From assembly GCA_964579625.1 (NCBI GenBank), contig CAZOGU010000003.1:4995-68994 (forward strand): a stretch of 64,000 nucleotides of DNA, given 5' to 3'. The notes beneath the pieces are model-generated. The model saw only the letters and a program-made list of their open reading frames with translations, did no database searches and had not been told where the DNA came from. The translations under genes were made by a program, and so were the position numbers. Source of the stretch: an uncultured Pseudobdellovibrionaceae bacterium. GTDB taxonomy: Bacteria; Bdellovibrionota; Bdellovibrionia; Bdellovibrionales; JAGQZY01. Positions 1-9,619 of the stretch are shown piece by piece (position 1 is the first letter of the stretch; every line of letters begins with the position of its first letter).

Positions 1-1001
1 TCATCCAAACAAAACGCCGCTTGAAACAAAGGTTTAGTCTCAACAGTGGTCGCCGGCACTTCTTTTAAGGCTCGTAAGCAGGAGTTGTAATAGGTTTTTT
101 CGAATGCGTCCTGCCAGCAGATGAGGATTTGAAAATCTGTTCGAGATTCTGGAGGTGTTAAAAGAGTTTTTAAACTTGGTCCAGAGTAAGAAGCATCAAG
201 GAGCGGTCGACTTTCTCCCAAAGAAAAATCCAAAAAATCCAGTTCAAGCAGTAGCTCAAAAAGAATCAAATCATGGAGACTGATTTTACGAGGCGCTAAT
301 AGCGACTCGGGTTGAATTTCTAACTGAGAAACCAAGCCCGACCAACCCGGATGAGAAAACTGCTGATCAAAGACGTAGTGCCCATGCAGGTCTTCGCGCC
401 CAACAATCAATTTTAGGACATCCGCAAGTGTTGTTTTTGGATTGTGTAAAAGCGTCCAGGCTCTTCGCGAACCATAAGAAAAAAGAGAAATATAGGATTG
501 CTGATCCATTTTTCTTAAGGAGTCGAGAAAACCCGTTGAAGTGGCTGGAAACTTCCAAACCGAAATGCCCTGATCAAGATAGCCGCAGAGAATTCGAAAT
601 AAAAAAGAATGTGTTTTGCCGTCAATATCCAACTGGAACTGGTTCTTCCAAAGCCCTCGCAATAGAAAAGTGTTTTCTTCGGGCGGAGTGGGTTTGGTGA
701 CTTCGAATAACTTTTGTTTTTCGAAGAGCTTATTAAAACCATTTTTTAAATAAGACTCTTCGAGGTGATGCTCGTCGATTTTTCCTTGGCGAAAAAGTTC
801 TATATATTCTTGGTGGGAAAGATAGACTTGTGTTCCCAACAGTCGTGAGCAGTGTTCGAGTCCCGTATGGAAGGGCCAATGCTGAAACGCATGCAGTGTA
901 TTGTGGTGGATAAAATCTTTAAGCGGACCTTGAGAAGGCAAAAGATGTTTCAATTGATTTAAGGCATAATCAAGTGACAACGGATTCAATTCTTCTTTCA
1001 T
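1..1001 (-). CDS. dabA: DabA-like (DUF2309/UPF0753) putative inorganic-carbon transporter subunit. N-terminal 333 codons; the gene runs off the left edge.
   Basis: Hand translation of the minus strand from ATG at 1001 gives MKEELNPLSLDYALNQLKHLLPSQGPLKDFIHHNTLHAF... ending ...PLFQAAFCLD at the window edge, with no stops. AAGGA RBS lies 7 nt upstream. The LKDFIHHNTLH and FC(I/L)D strings resemble my memory of DUF2309/DabA. The ORF track omits it because it is truncated by the edge. Confidence 0.6.
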   Translation of the reverse strand, partial: MKEELNPLSLDYALNQLKHLLPSQGPLKDFIHHNTLHAFQHWPFHTGLEHCSRLLGTQVYLSHQEYIELFRQGKIDEHHLEESYLKNGFNKLFEKQKLFEVTKPTPPEENTFLLRGLWKNQFQLDIDGKTHSFLFRILCGYLDQGISVWKFPATSTGFLDSLRKMDQQSYISLFSYGSRRAWTLLHNPKTTLADVLKLIVGREDLHGHYVFDQQFSHPGWSGLVSQLEIQPESLLAPRKISLHDLILFELLLELDFLDFSLGESRPLLDASYSGPSLKTLLTPPESRTDFQILICWQDAFEKTYYNSCLRALKEVPATTVETKPLFQAAFCLD

Positions 1002-1011
1002 TTTTTAATCC

Positions 1012-2187
1012 TTATAAATCCAGTTTGAGACCCACTTCAAACACTTGCGCGTTTCGATAGGGAGACCAAAGAGCACGATCTGTGCTGGTCAGAACATGTT
1101 CGGTGTACAAAAATGCGGTTTCGAAAAAAGCGGTCATTCTCTTTTTAAATAAGTACTCATAACCAACACGAGCTGTGGCGTTTTGCACGATTCCATAACC
1201 CGAAGAAGGTCCGGCAATCAAATTCAATACAGGACGACCCGTCGTTGAGCTGTAAGAGGGAGTTAAATTTTCTGGGTTGAGAATTTTGGCAAAACCCAAG
1301 CCATAAAAGAATTTATTTTTCTCATTCAAAGTTCTTCGGGCGGTTATGAAAGCTCCCGTTTCTTCGAGTTTTGAAAGGCCTGCCGAGAATCCAAGACCTT
1401 GCAAGCTGAGATTCTCTGTATTGTGGCCATAATAGCTTTCAAAATTGACCTCATCGTTTTTATCCTGGTACCGAGCAAAGAGATTCACTGCAAAAGGAGT
1501 TTGTGATTTTTGCGTGGATTGGAGTTGTAAATGTCCAATGATTCCAGAGACGCCGGCTGACCAATGTTCGGAGCTGTAAGTTTCTCGAAGGCTGAGTGTT
1601 GGCCACTTTGAATATTCAGGAGTCGATTCCTGTGTCGAGTTGTTAAATGAGGGAAAACCAATGGCAACTCCATGCTCCAGATTTTCGTTTTTATAAAGAG
1701 CCTGGGCCTGTAAACGCATAAACCCAAGATCTCCCGATAAAAAGTAATGACCAATATAATTATAGGTTGTCGGAGCCAATGGAGAAAAGAGATCCCATTG
1801 CTGTCCCACATGAAAGGACCAGTTGTCTTCACCCCATGAGACCTTGAGTTGGCGTAAACGAGGTTGCGAAGCGACCGCAGGAGTGGATTTATTAAAATCT
1901 ACAAAATCAATTTCCACGAGAGCTTCGATATTTTCTTCGAACTTCGTCTTTAGACCCAAACGAGATTGTTGCGCCTGAAATGAGTTGCTACTTCGGCTCG
2001 GGTAGGCGGCCAAAACTGGGTTCGCGGCCGAATTGTAGGCCACCAGGTTATTTCGCCCGAGAGAATCGACTGCATTGACAGATGTCGTGGAGTTGAGCAG
2101 GAGAAATCCGTAAAAGTTTAAAGAGTTTTCTTCGGCCCAGCAGTTTTGTCTTAGGATCAGTACTAAAAATAAAAAAATGATTTTCAT
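1012..2187 (-). CDS. Putative outer-membrane porin-like beta-barrel protein
   Basis: 391-aa ORF with an N-terminal signal peptide (MKIIFLFLVLILRQNCWA). Sequence is rich in alternating hydrophobic/polar residues and Gly/Tyr/Asn. Its stop is 10 nt upstream of the dabA-like start, so the two are probably co-transcribed. Confidence 0.55.
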   Translation of the reverse strand: MKIIFLFLVLILRQNCWAEENSLNFYGFLLLNSTTSVNAVDSLGRNNLVAYNSAANPVLAAYPSRSSNSFQAQQSRLGLKTKFEENIEALVEIDFVDFNKSTPAVASQPRLRQLKVSWGEDNWSFHVGQQWDLFSPLAPTTYNYIGHYFLSGDLGFMRLQAQALYKNENLEHGVAIGFPSFNNSTQESTPEYSKWPTLSLRETYSSEHWSAGVSGIIGHLQLQSTQKSQTPFAVNLFARYQDKNDEVNFESYYGHNTENLSLQGLGFSAGLSKLEETGAFITARRTLNEKNKFFYGLGFAKILNPENLTPSYSSTTGRPVLNLIAGPSSGYGIVQNATARVGYEYLFKKRMTAFFETAFLYTEHVLTSTDRALWSPYRNAQVFEVGLKLDL

Positions 2188-2201
2188 AAAAAACCTCTGT
2201 T

Positions 2202-3746
2202 CTAATGAGATGGGATATCAATTTTGATATTTTTAAACAGAAGCACCTTTTGTTCATTCATTTTTTTTATCTGAAGATTGGCTAAAAGCTCACGCGTTGT
2301 GGCATCCACAAAAGTTCCGGGTGAAAAATCCAGAGTTAATAAGTGAGACTGACAGTCTTCGATATGCTTTTTAAGTGACAGCATGTTTGTAAAGACACAA
2401 GGATGACTAATATGCAAAACAGCTTCTTCAACAGACTCTTTAAGTTGTGCACTCATTTTAAAAAGCTTTGGTATTTTTTTTACCTGCCATGCGTTGAGTA
2501 GGAGCTCGACGATGGTTCCCGTAAAAATACCGATCAGTAAATCAGTGGACAGCGTTGTGATCAAGGTGATTAAAAAGATAAAGATCTGCTTCTGCCCAGT
2601 TTGATAGATGTGAATCATTTGTAGAGGATTTGCGAGGCGAAAGCCCACAAAAATAAGAACAGCGGCAAAAGCTGTTAGCGGTATTTTGCTTAAAAATTGT
2701 GGAAAGAGCAGAATAAAAATAAGAATAAAAAAGCCATGGAAGAGATTGGAGAGTCGGTTTGTGGCGCCACTGGATACATTCGCGGTGCTACGAACAATTT
2801 CCGAAATAATGGGAAGGCCGCCAATAAATCCGAGAAGAATGTTACTTGTTCCTTTAGAAATCAGATCCTTGTTAAGGTCAGATGTTCTTTTAAGAGGATC
2901 GAGTTTGTCAACAGCATAGGTACTGAGGAGGGATTCAATCGATGCGACCAATGCAATTGTCACAACAGCTTGAATAAAATGACTCGACAGCATATTTTCA
3001 AAAAGAGGCGAATGAAAGTAGCCGCTAAATTGAGTAGGGATTGATAAAAGGAATTCAGGTCCTACATGATATTCATGGTTAAAAATGTTCACAAAGTGGG
3101 AGTGCTCAATATCGATAATCAAACTCAGGGCGTACCCGGCAACGACCGCGAAAAGAGCTGGCGGAACAAACTTCTTAATCAGTGAGACTCTATTGATAAT
3201 AATCACTATGAGCAGGCAACACATCCCAATCGCAAGGATGACATAATTGTCATCAAAGATTCGTGATGGAAGTTCTATAATTTGTCCGATCAGATTTTTG
3301 GAATTGGGTTTAATGCCTCCCAAAACATACAGTTGTTTTGTAATAATAGTGACTCCGATGGACGCCATCATCCCATGAAGGGCGTTGATCGGAACGGCCA
3401 AACCGATCGTTCCGATTCGACAAACTCCCATCAGCAATTGCAAACCACCGGCGATGATGGTGGCGGCCAATGTCAGTTGGAAACCTCGCATGGCATCACC
3501 CTGGCCAAGGGAATTGATGCAATCTAAGACGACGACGATGAGGCCCGCCGCTGGCCCACTAATTGTAACATGACTTCCGCTGATTAAACTGGCTACGATG
3601 CCTCCGACAATGGCAGAGAGTAAGCCTGCGGAGGGAGGGGCGCCAGAAGCCACACTGATTCCTATCGAAAGGGGTAGCGCAATTAAGAAAACTGTAAAAC
3701 CAGAAATTAGATTACTTTTCAAATTATAGCGATCCATCGAAACCAT
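2202..3746 (-). CDS. SulP-family anion (sulfate/bicarbonate-type) transporter with C-terminal STAS-like domain
   Basis: 514 aa with many TM segments. N-terminus LISGFTVFLIALPLSIGISVASGAPPSAGLLSAIVGGIV is typical of SulP permeases. The soluble C-terminal ~100 aa is consistent with STAS. Confidence 0.85.
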   Translation of the reverse strand: MVSMDRYNLKSNLISGFTVFLIALPLSIGISVASGAPPSAGLLSAIVGGIVASLISGSHVTISGPAAGLIVVVLDCINSLGQGDAMRGFQLTLAATIIAGGLQLLMGVCRIGTIGLAVPINALHGMMASIGVTIITKQLYVLGGIKPNSKNLIGQIIELPSRIFDDNYVILAIGMCCLLIVIIINRVSLIKKFVPPALFAVVAGYALSLIIDIEHSHFVNIFNHEYHVGPEFLLSIPTQFSGYFHSPLFENMLSSHFIQAVVTIALVASIESLLSTYAVDKLDPLKRTSDLNKDLISKGTSNILLGFIGGLPIISEIVRSTANVSSGATNRLSNLFHGFFILIFILLFPQFLSKIPLTAFAAVLIFVGFRLANPLQMIHIYQTGQKQIFIFLITLITTLSTDLLIGIFTGTIVELLLNAWQVKKIPKLFKMSAQLKESVEEAVLHISHPCVFTNMLSLKKHIEDCQSHLLTLDFSPGTFVDATTRELLANLQIKKMNEQKVLLFKNIKIDIPSH

Positions 3747-3796
3747 AAAAGCCTCACGTCTTGAAGTTAAAATAAAAAATAGGGGACTTGATCTAC

Positions 3797-4150
3797 TTAA
3801 GCGAGATCAGCTGACGGAGGGCTATTTGTAAGCCGAGAATAATAACTTTGAAAGGGATTCCAGGGGAATCTATTTTGATCGGAGAAGAAAATCTGAGCTT
3901 TAATTTCTGGCAATGTCTGTCGCGGGAATGAGTAGAAGTTTTTATTTCCATCGCCATCGATACTTCCCTCTTCGATGTCGAAACTGATTTCATAATTTTG
4001 TGGAGCTTTAAATTGCACCCATTGAGGAAGGGGTGATTTTTGTACAATGTTCGAAGTTGGATAGGGTGCCGAAAAATCAGCTGAAAAAGCTGGAGGTAGT
4101 AAAAAGAAGAGGAAAAAGGGTAGAAAAAAAAACAGTTTCACAGACTTCAT
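3797..4150 (-). CDS. Small secreted hypothetical protein
   Basis: 117-aa ORF with a clear signal peptide (MKSVKLFFFLPFFLFFLLPPAFSA). No recognisable domain. Confidence 0.5.
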   Translation of the reverse strand: MKSVKLFFFLPFFLFFLLPPAFSADFSAPYPTSNIVQKSPLPQWVQFKAPQNYEISFDIEEGSIDGDGNKNFYSFPRQTLPEIKAQIFFSDQNRFPWNPFQSYYSRLTNSPPSADLA

Positions 4151-4351
4151 TGTTATTCCTCTTTTCGGCAGAACTCAAGTGGATATTAAATTCGACGTGC
4201 TCAATGTCGCAAAGAGAGACAATAGGCCTAAATATTCGTCGTTAGCTTAGGTAAAAAAGTGAAATTTCTTTTTGAAAAACAAACAGTACTCAAAGATGAG
4301 GGGTTTCGGTAGCTTGCCTTAGGGGATCTTGTATTTTTTTGGGAGGGCAAT

Positions 4352-5905
4352 GTGAATTCAATTGTTATCTTTTTGGGGTGTTTAGGAATCACTTTTTCTT
4401 TAGCGCAGACTCAGCCAACCCCATTTTCTGGTTATGATCTTAAACCAGATGTTGGAGATGATAAAACTTTCGAAAATTTTGTGCAGGTTTTAAAGACCAG
4501 TTCTGCAACCTCCATCGATGACTTTCTGGTGGATTGGAAAAGCACAGACCCTCTCATTTTTCGCTATTATTTACTCGCTTACCGTAGCCGAAGCTTACAA
4601 GGTGCGACACCTGAGTTTCCCCGCGCCATTGTCTTTTATCCAACAGGAGAATTCGCGGCCTCTTTTAATGGTCATCCTAAACAAAAAGGCTATCAGCAGA
4701 TTGAACTTTATCGTTTTAATTACCAAAAAAATAATTTCGAATTTTATGAACTGAGTTTTAGAGAAAATGAAAAACCAACATTGTCAGAACCCAATCCACA
4801 AAAGTGTTTGGACTGCCATCAGTCTTTGGGTAGAGAAACACCTGATCCTCGTCCCAATTGGGAGCCGTACTTTTTCTGGCCTGGATTTTATGGAAGCGTG
4901 AGTGGAGTTTTTAAAACCAAGCTAAGCAAGCTCACAGACAACGAAGCCGACAAAATTCATGTGGATAAAGATGCCCTCCTACTGAAGGAAATTCCTTATG
5001 AGCAGAAATGGTACTCACAATTTATGGGGATCATTCGCCCTAATCATCCACGCTATAAAGTCTTAGAACCCTATAATAAAGACCAGGCCCTAGTGGACGC
5101 CAAGATCTATGGAAGCCATTCGGCTGCCGATTTAAAAACGCTCATGTATACTCAGCGCGCCGCGCAACTTAATTTTCGCCGAGTGGCTCGCCTGATGCAG
5201 GAAGATGAAGAGGTATTTGAATATCTCAAGGAAGCTATTGTTGCGCTATTGAATTGCTCATCCAACAAGCTTCCGACAGACTTTGCAAAGTGGCTTTTTG
5301 AAAACTCATCTTTTAAAGGGCAAGGCCGAACACGTCCTCATGTTTTAAACATGGGTGATCAAATTCGTCTCCTATTTGAACCCTTTTATTTTAACACTGA
5401 TGATTGGTCGATGGACTTTAAAACAGATGGGCGTTTTGCTTTTTCCAACCGTTTTGGAACTCCAGGAAGACCCCACATCGAACTCCTATTGGCGATCAAC
5501 TCTTTATCACCGACCATGGCAAAAGCTTCAAGTTTAAGTTGTCGAGACCCTGAATTTGTAAGGTCCTTGGAAAAATACTACGATTTACGAACTGCGATTC
5601 GATTGCAAGAGAAGCGAAGTGGTAACAAAGAGAAATTTGAGAAATTAAAAAATGCACCATTGATCAATCGTTGTATCAGTTGTCACGCATCACCTTCGAG
5701 CCGTGATGTGCCCCACATTCCCTTCGATAATCCATCAGAACTCAAGAAGCTCTTGTTTGAAGTCAAATACAAACAGGGAACTTTGCTGGATGAGATTATT
5801 TATCGGACTGGGGCTCATGCGAATTCCGATGAGCAAATGCCTCCGCGTGGAATTCCAACGCAAAAGCAACGTGATGATATGATTTCCTATCTCAAGTCGC
5901 TTTAA
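4352..5905 (+). CDS. Secreted protein with two CxxCH haem-c binding motifs (di-haem cytochrome-c-like)
   Basis: 517-aa ORF with a GTG start preceded by GGGAGGG. Signal peptide present. Motifs CLDCH (near residue 150) and CISCH, followed by a distal MPP. Confidence 0.7.
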   Translation: MNSIVIFLGCLGITFSLAQTQPTPFSGYDLKPDVGDDKTFENFVQVLKTSSATSIDDFLVDWKSTDPLIFRYYLLAYRSRSLQGATPEFPRAIVFYPTGEFAASFNGHPKQKGYQQIELYRFNYQKNNFEFYELSFRENEKPTLSEPNPQKCLDCHQSLGRETPDPRPNWEPYFFWPGFYGSVSGVFKTKLSKLTDNEADKIHVDKDALLLKEIPYEQKWYSQFMGIIRPNHPRYKVLEPYNKDQALVDAKIYGSHSAADLKTLMYTQRAAQLNFRRVARLMQEDEEVFEYLKEAIVALLNCSSNKLPTDFAKWLFENSSFKGQGRTRPHVLNMGDQIRLLFEPFYFNTDDWSMDFKTDGRFAFSNRFGTPGRPHIELLLAINSLSPTMAKASSLSCRDPEFVRSLEKYYDLRTAIRLQEKRSGNKEKFEKLKNAPLINRCISCHASPSSRDVPHIPFDNPSELKKLLFEVKYKQGTLLDEIIYRTGAHANSDEQMPPRGIPTQKQRDDMISYLKSL

Positions 5906-5910
5906 TCGAT

Positions 5911-7599
5911 TTAGCGAGCGTCTGCTAAAAGCTGTTTGGCATGGGCGACGCTTGTGGCGGTGAGTTTTTCGCCGGAGATCAAGCGAGCGATCTCGTCGAT
6001 TTTGTCTTTTCCTTCCAGAGGAACGGCGGTCATATTCATTTGGCCTTTAACAGATTTTTTGGAAATAAAATAATGTTGGTTGGCAAAAGAGGCCACTTGG
6101 GGAAGGTGTGTGATGCAGATGACTTGCTGACCACTGGCGATCTCTTTGAGTTTCTTTCCTACTTTTTGCGCCGTAGGACCACTCACGCCGGTGTCTACTT
6201 CGTCAAAAAGATAAGTGCGAGGTGAATCCATCTCGCCAACAGAGAGCTTGAGAGACAACAAGATACGACTCAATTCGCCGCCACTCGCCGATTTTTGCAA
6301 AGCGCGCACTTCTCCCTTGGCTCCGTTTTGAATCGCAAAAACAACATGGTCTTGGCCAGTGGCATTGACCGGTGCCGTTTCGATCTGAATGCTAAACAAC
6401 ACGCCCTTCATATTGAGTTCGGCAAGCTCCTCATTCACACGCTCGGTGAGTTTGAGAGAACCCTTTTGTCTTTGCTGGGAAAGCTTTTGTAATAAAGGAG
6501 ACAGCTCTGTCGTGAGTGCTTTTTTTTCCATCTCCAATTGCGCGATTTTTTCATCACAATTTTCGAGGGAGTCCAATTCTTTTTTCATTTCGTCGAGGGC
6601 ATTCAAAATGTCGACAATCGTTGGGCCGAATTTTTTTTGCAAACGACGGAGATCGGAAAGGCGGGACTCTAACTTTTCTAACTCGTCGTCTTGAAACGAG
6701 TGCCCGGCGAGCTGATTGAGCTCAAACGCCGCTTGAGAGATCTGTTGTTTTGCTGAGTCCAAAGTATCGATGATTTGTTCGATGGCCTCGGGCTTGTATT
6801 TGAGAGCTAGTGCCGTCTTAAGGACTTTGTCGAGAATAGCAAGAGCCGAGGCGCCTTCACCCTCGAGAGTTTCTATCGAACTTTGATAAAATTGGGAAAG
6901 TGAACTTTTGTTTTTTAAAATTTTTAAGCGATCTTCAAGATCGAAGTCTTTTTCACCATCAAGTTCCAGATGAGAGATTTCTTCGATTTGAAATTTAATA
7001 AAATCCACGCGCTGGCTTCGATCACACGACGAATTTTGCAGATCTTCGATTTGCGTTTCAATCTCTAGACAGCGTGAGTAAAGAGTATTCACTTTTTTTC
7101 GCAAATCCCAAGTTTTGCAAAACTGATCCAGCATATCGAGATGATACTGAGGAGACAGAAGATTTTTATTTTCGTTTTGGCTAGTGACTTCGATGAGGGG
7201 AATGTTTCTGCCAGTGACTTCGACCAAAGGAGCCACGACATTTTTAAGATCCGCCAGTGTCGACAAATGTCCATTGATATAAACACGATTTTTTCCATCT
7301 CGGCTAATGATACGTCGGACGAGCAATTCACCCTCACTGGAGGTGAGGCCAGACTCTTTGAGAGATGTTAAAATATCTTTGCGCTTCGACAGATCAAAAT
7401 GGCCTTCCACTATCGATTGATCCAGCCCCTCACGCACATCATCCGTTTGCGATTTGGCGCCCATCAAAAGCCCAAGAGCTCGCACAATGACCGATTTTCC
7501 AGCGCCAGTCTCGCCGCTAATGATGTTGAGATTGGGTCCAAATTCTAGGTGAATCTGATCAATGATCGCAAAATTAGAAACTTTAAGTTCCATCAGCAT
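5911..7599 (-). CDS. recN: DNA repair protein RecN
   Basis: 562 aa. N-terminal LKVSNFAIIDQIHLEFGPNLNIISGETGAGKS (Walker A), a central coiled coil, and a C-terminal SGGELSRILLSLK ... LFDEVDTGVSG signature. Confidence 0.95.
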   Translation of the reverse strand: MLMELKVSNFAIIDQIHLEFGPNLNIISGETGAGKSVIVRALGLLMGAKSQTDDVREGLDQSIVEGHFDLSKRKDILTSLKESGLTSSEGELLVRRIISRDGKNRVYINGHLSTLADLKNVVAPLVEVTGRNIPLIEVTSQNENKNLLSPQYHLDMLDQFCKTWDLRKKVNTLYSRCLEIETQIEDLQNSSCDRSQRVDFIKFQIEEISHLELDGEKDFDLEDRLKILKNKSSLSQFYQSSIETLEGEGASALAILDKVLKTALALKYKPEAIEQIIDTLDSAKQQISQAAFELNQLAGHSFQDDELEKLESRLSDLRRLQKKFGPTIVDILNALDEMKKELDSLENCDEKIAQLEMEKKALTTELSPLLQKLSQQRQKGSLKLTERVNEELAELNMKGVLFSIQIETAPVNATGQDHVVFAIQNGAKGEVRALQKSASGGELSRILLSLKLSVGEMDSPRTYLFDEVDTGVSGPTAQKVGKKLKEIASGQQVICITHLPQVASFANQHYFISKKSVKGQMNMTAVPLEGKDKIDEIARLISGEKLTATSVAHAKQLLADAR

Positions 7600-8453
7600 T
7601 AATCGCGTTCTCCAAATTTTAATTTTTCACGCAAGAGCGAGAAAAAGTTGTGCGACGTCTTACGTAATACAATGTGTTCCAGCTTGTGGCGTTGGATTAA
7701 AATTTCACAATTTTCGTTAATGTCCGCACGCCGTTGTCCGTCGATGGACAAAATACCGGAACGTTGTTGGCCAAGAATTCGCACGGAAAGAACTTTGTCG
7801 TCGGGAAAAATGATCGGACGAGAGGTTAAACTGTGCGAACAAATGGGCGTCGCGACGATGGCGTGGACTTCCGGTTGAAGAATAGGGCCGCCGGCGGCGA
7901 GATTGTAGGCGGTGGAGCCGGTGGGGCTTGAGATAATCATTCCATCAGCTTTGGTTTCAGTCACAAGGTCACCATCCCAGTACATTCCGATGTTGAGAAG
8001 GTGGGTGCTTTGGCCACGCTCGATAACAATATCATTCAGCGCAATAAATTTTTGCGATTTTGGAGATTGAACCTCAACACTTAACAGAGCCACTGGTTCA
8101 CTCTTCATTTTTCCCTGGAGAGCGGCTTCAAGCACCTCGTAAATTTCATCCACACGGTTTTCGGTGAGAAAGCCAAGAGATCCCAAGTTGATTCCCAAAA
8201 CCGGGACCTGTTGGTCCCCCAAAAACCGAACAGCTTCGAGGTAAGTGCCATCGCCCCCAAGAACCACTACGAGCTGAAGACTCTTCATCTGTTCGGAGGT
8301 CTCCACGGTGGCGCAATCAGGATGAGTGGCTTTGTCTTTTTGAAAGTAAACAGTCAGTTTTTTTTGTTTGAGCCAGGCACAGACATCTTTGGCGAGAGAC
8401 TGCGCGCGGGGTGTTTGGTCGCGGTAAATAATAGCAATATTTTGGATTTTCAT
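7599..8453 (-). CDS. nadK: NAD kinase
   Basis: 284 aa with the GGDGTYL motif and TPTGSTAYNLAAGGPI-like motif (SPTGSTAYNLAAGGPI). Overlaps the recN start by 1 nt. Confidence 0.93.
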   Translation of the reverse strand: MKIQNIAIIYRDQTPRAQSLAKDVCAWLKQKKLTVYFQKDKATHPDCATVETSEQMKSLQLVVVLGGDGTYLEAVRFLGDQQVPVLGINLGSLGFLTENRVDEIYEVLEAALQGKMKSEPVALLSVEVQSPKSQKFIALNDIVIERGQSTHLLNIGMYWDGDLVTETKADGMIISSPTGSTAYNLAAGGPILQPEVHAIVATPICSHSLTSRPIIFPDDKVLSVRILGQQRSGILSIDGQRRADINENCEILIQRHKLEHIVLRKTSHNFFSLLREKLKFGERD

Positions 8454-8566
8454 GGTGAGGTCAGAGTAGGCTTTGGGTTTAGAATAGTAAAGAAGAAGGC
8501 GGCCTTTTGCCGTGCATTGACTCTTTCAACAAGGGTCAGTGTCGTCCTTATCGAGCCAAGGAGATG

Positions 8567-8604
8567 TATGCGGTGCCTCATTTTAAGGCACCGCATAGGT
8601 TTTT
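8567..8604 (+). terminator. Orphan rho-independent terminator-like hairpin
   Basis: 11-bp perfect stem TATGCGGTGCC / GGCACCGCATA with a 9-nt loop, followed by GGTTTTT. No annotated plus-strand gene lies upstream. Confidence 0.5.
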
Positions 8605-9198
8605 GACACTCATTTAAAATCAGAGCAAAATCTGTGAATTGCGATGTCTGATAGATAGGTTATTTCCTTTAGAGATAGCACGGATATTCCGATACCCCTA
8701 GCAAAAGGGGGATTATTGCAGAGTTGAGAATTCAAATAACACCTTTTTAGGGAACGTGGATGCAACACAATTTATTAGAGCGGCTCAAGAGTTTGCTCTC
8801 AAAAATAATTCGTGTGTTGTGACCAATGTAAAGAATGTGCAGAGGACTCGCGGACTTATCAGCACCCAAGGAGACATTTTGGAGACTCGCCTTACCGAAA
8901 AAGAAACAAGTCGAATGAAAAAAGATACGGCTTCGATCGTTGCCGCATTTTAACCTGCGACCTTCAGAAAGCCACTGTTGTGACAACTCCAGCCTATGAC
9001 ATGAATGGGATCTCCATTTTTCAGTAATTGAATCAAGTTCATATGGAGTGAAAGCAAACACGTTCACTCCATTGATGACAAAATAAGTCGCTACTCAGAC
9101 ATTAAAAGGCCACAAAACAGCATTAAACTATTGATAAGACGTCCATTTTTGTGGTGTTCATCTTGCAATGAGTCCTGTGGATAACAAAAGGATGTAAA

Positions 9199-9606
9199 AT
9201 GAATAACCTCTTAAATCTTTTTTTAGCAATTATTGTGATCCCCAATGCAGCGTTTGCTGGCGTCTTAGGTGGACAGGAAAATATCGAGATCGTCAGAACA
9301 GTGCGAGTCGATAAAATGATGATCGGAGTAACCAGTGATTTTAAAATGATTGCCTTCGATTGTAAAAACGACAGCTATTTTGAGAAAGCATCCGTAGCGA
9401 TCCTTGAAAACGATGAGAGTACAATTACTTTTAAAGAATCATCTCATGGCGGGGTTCAAATAGGCTTTCTTCGGTCGAACTTATCACCGTCAATTAAACT
9501 CACAAAACGAGCGACAAGTGCGATTTGCGGTTTAGAAAGCAAAGAGCAAAACATCGTTTTAAAGCTGAACAAATCCGAATTTGATTTAGCAAACACCGCG
9601 CTTTAA
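9199..9606 (+). CDS. Small secreted hypothetical protein
   Basis: 135-aa ORF with AAAGGA RBS and signal peptide MNNLLNLFLAIIVIPNAAFA. Confidence 0.55.
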   Translation: MNNLLNLFLAIIVIPNAAFAGVLGGQENIEIVRTVRVDKMMIGVTSDFKMIAFDCKNDSYFEKASVAILENDESTITFKESSHGGVQIGFLRSNLSPSIKLTKRATSAICGLESKEQNIVLKLNKSEFDLANTAL

Positions 9607-9619
9607 AACTCAAATTTCG

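Noticed and set aside
7655-7670. Palindrome TTACGTAA about 60 nt upstream of recN as a possible LexA/SOS box.
   Set aside because: The Bdellovibrio-type LexA box I recall is TTAC-N3-GTAA, and this site has no spacer. It also lies inside the nadK coding sequence. An 8-bp palindrome can occur by chance.
8747-9067. 106-aa minus-strand ORF in the large intergenic gap.
   Set aside because: Its composition is Cys/His/Arg/Ser-rich and not protein-like, and it has no RBS. It overlaps better-looking (though broken) plus-strand frames.
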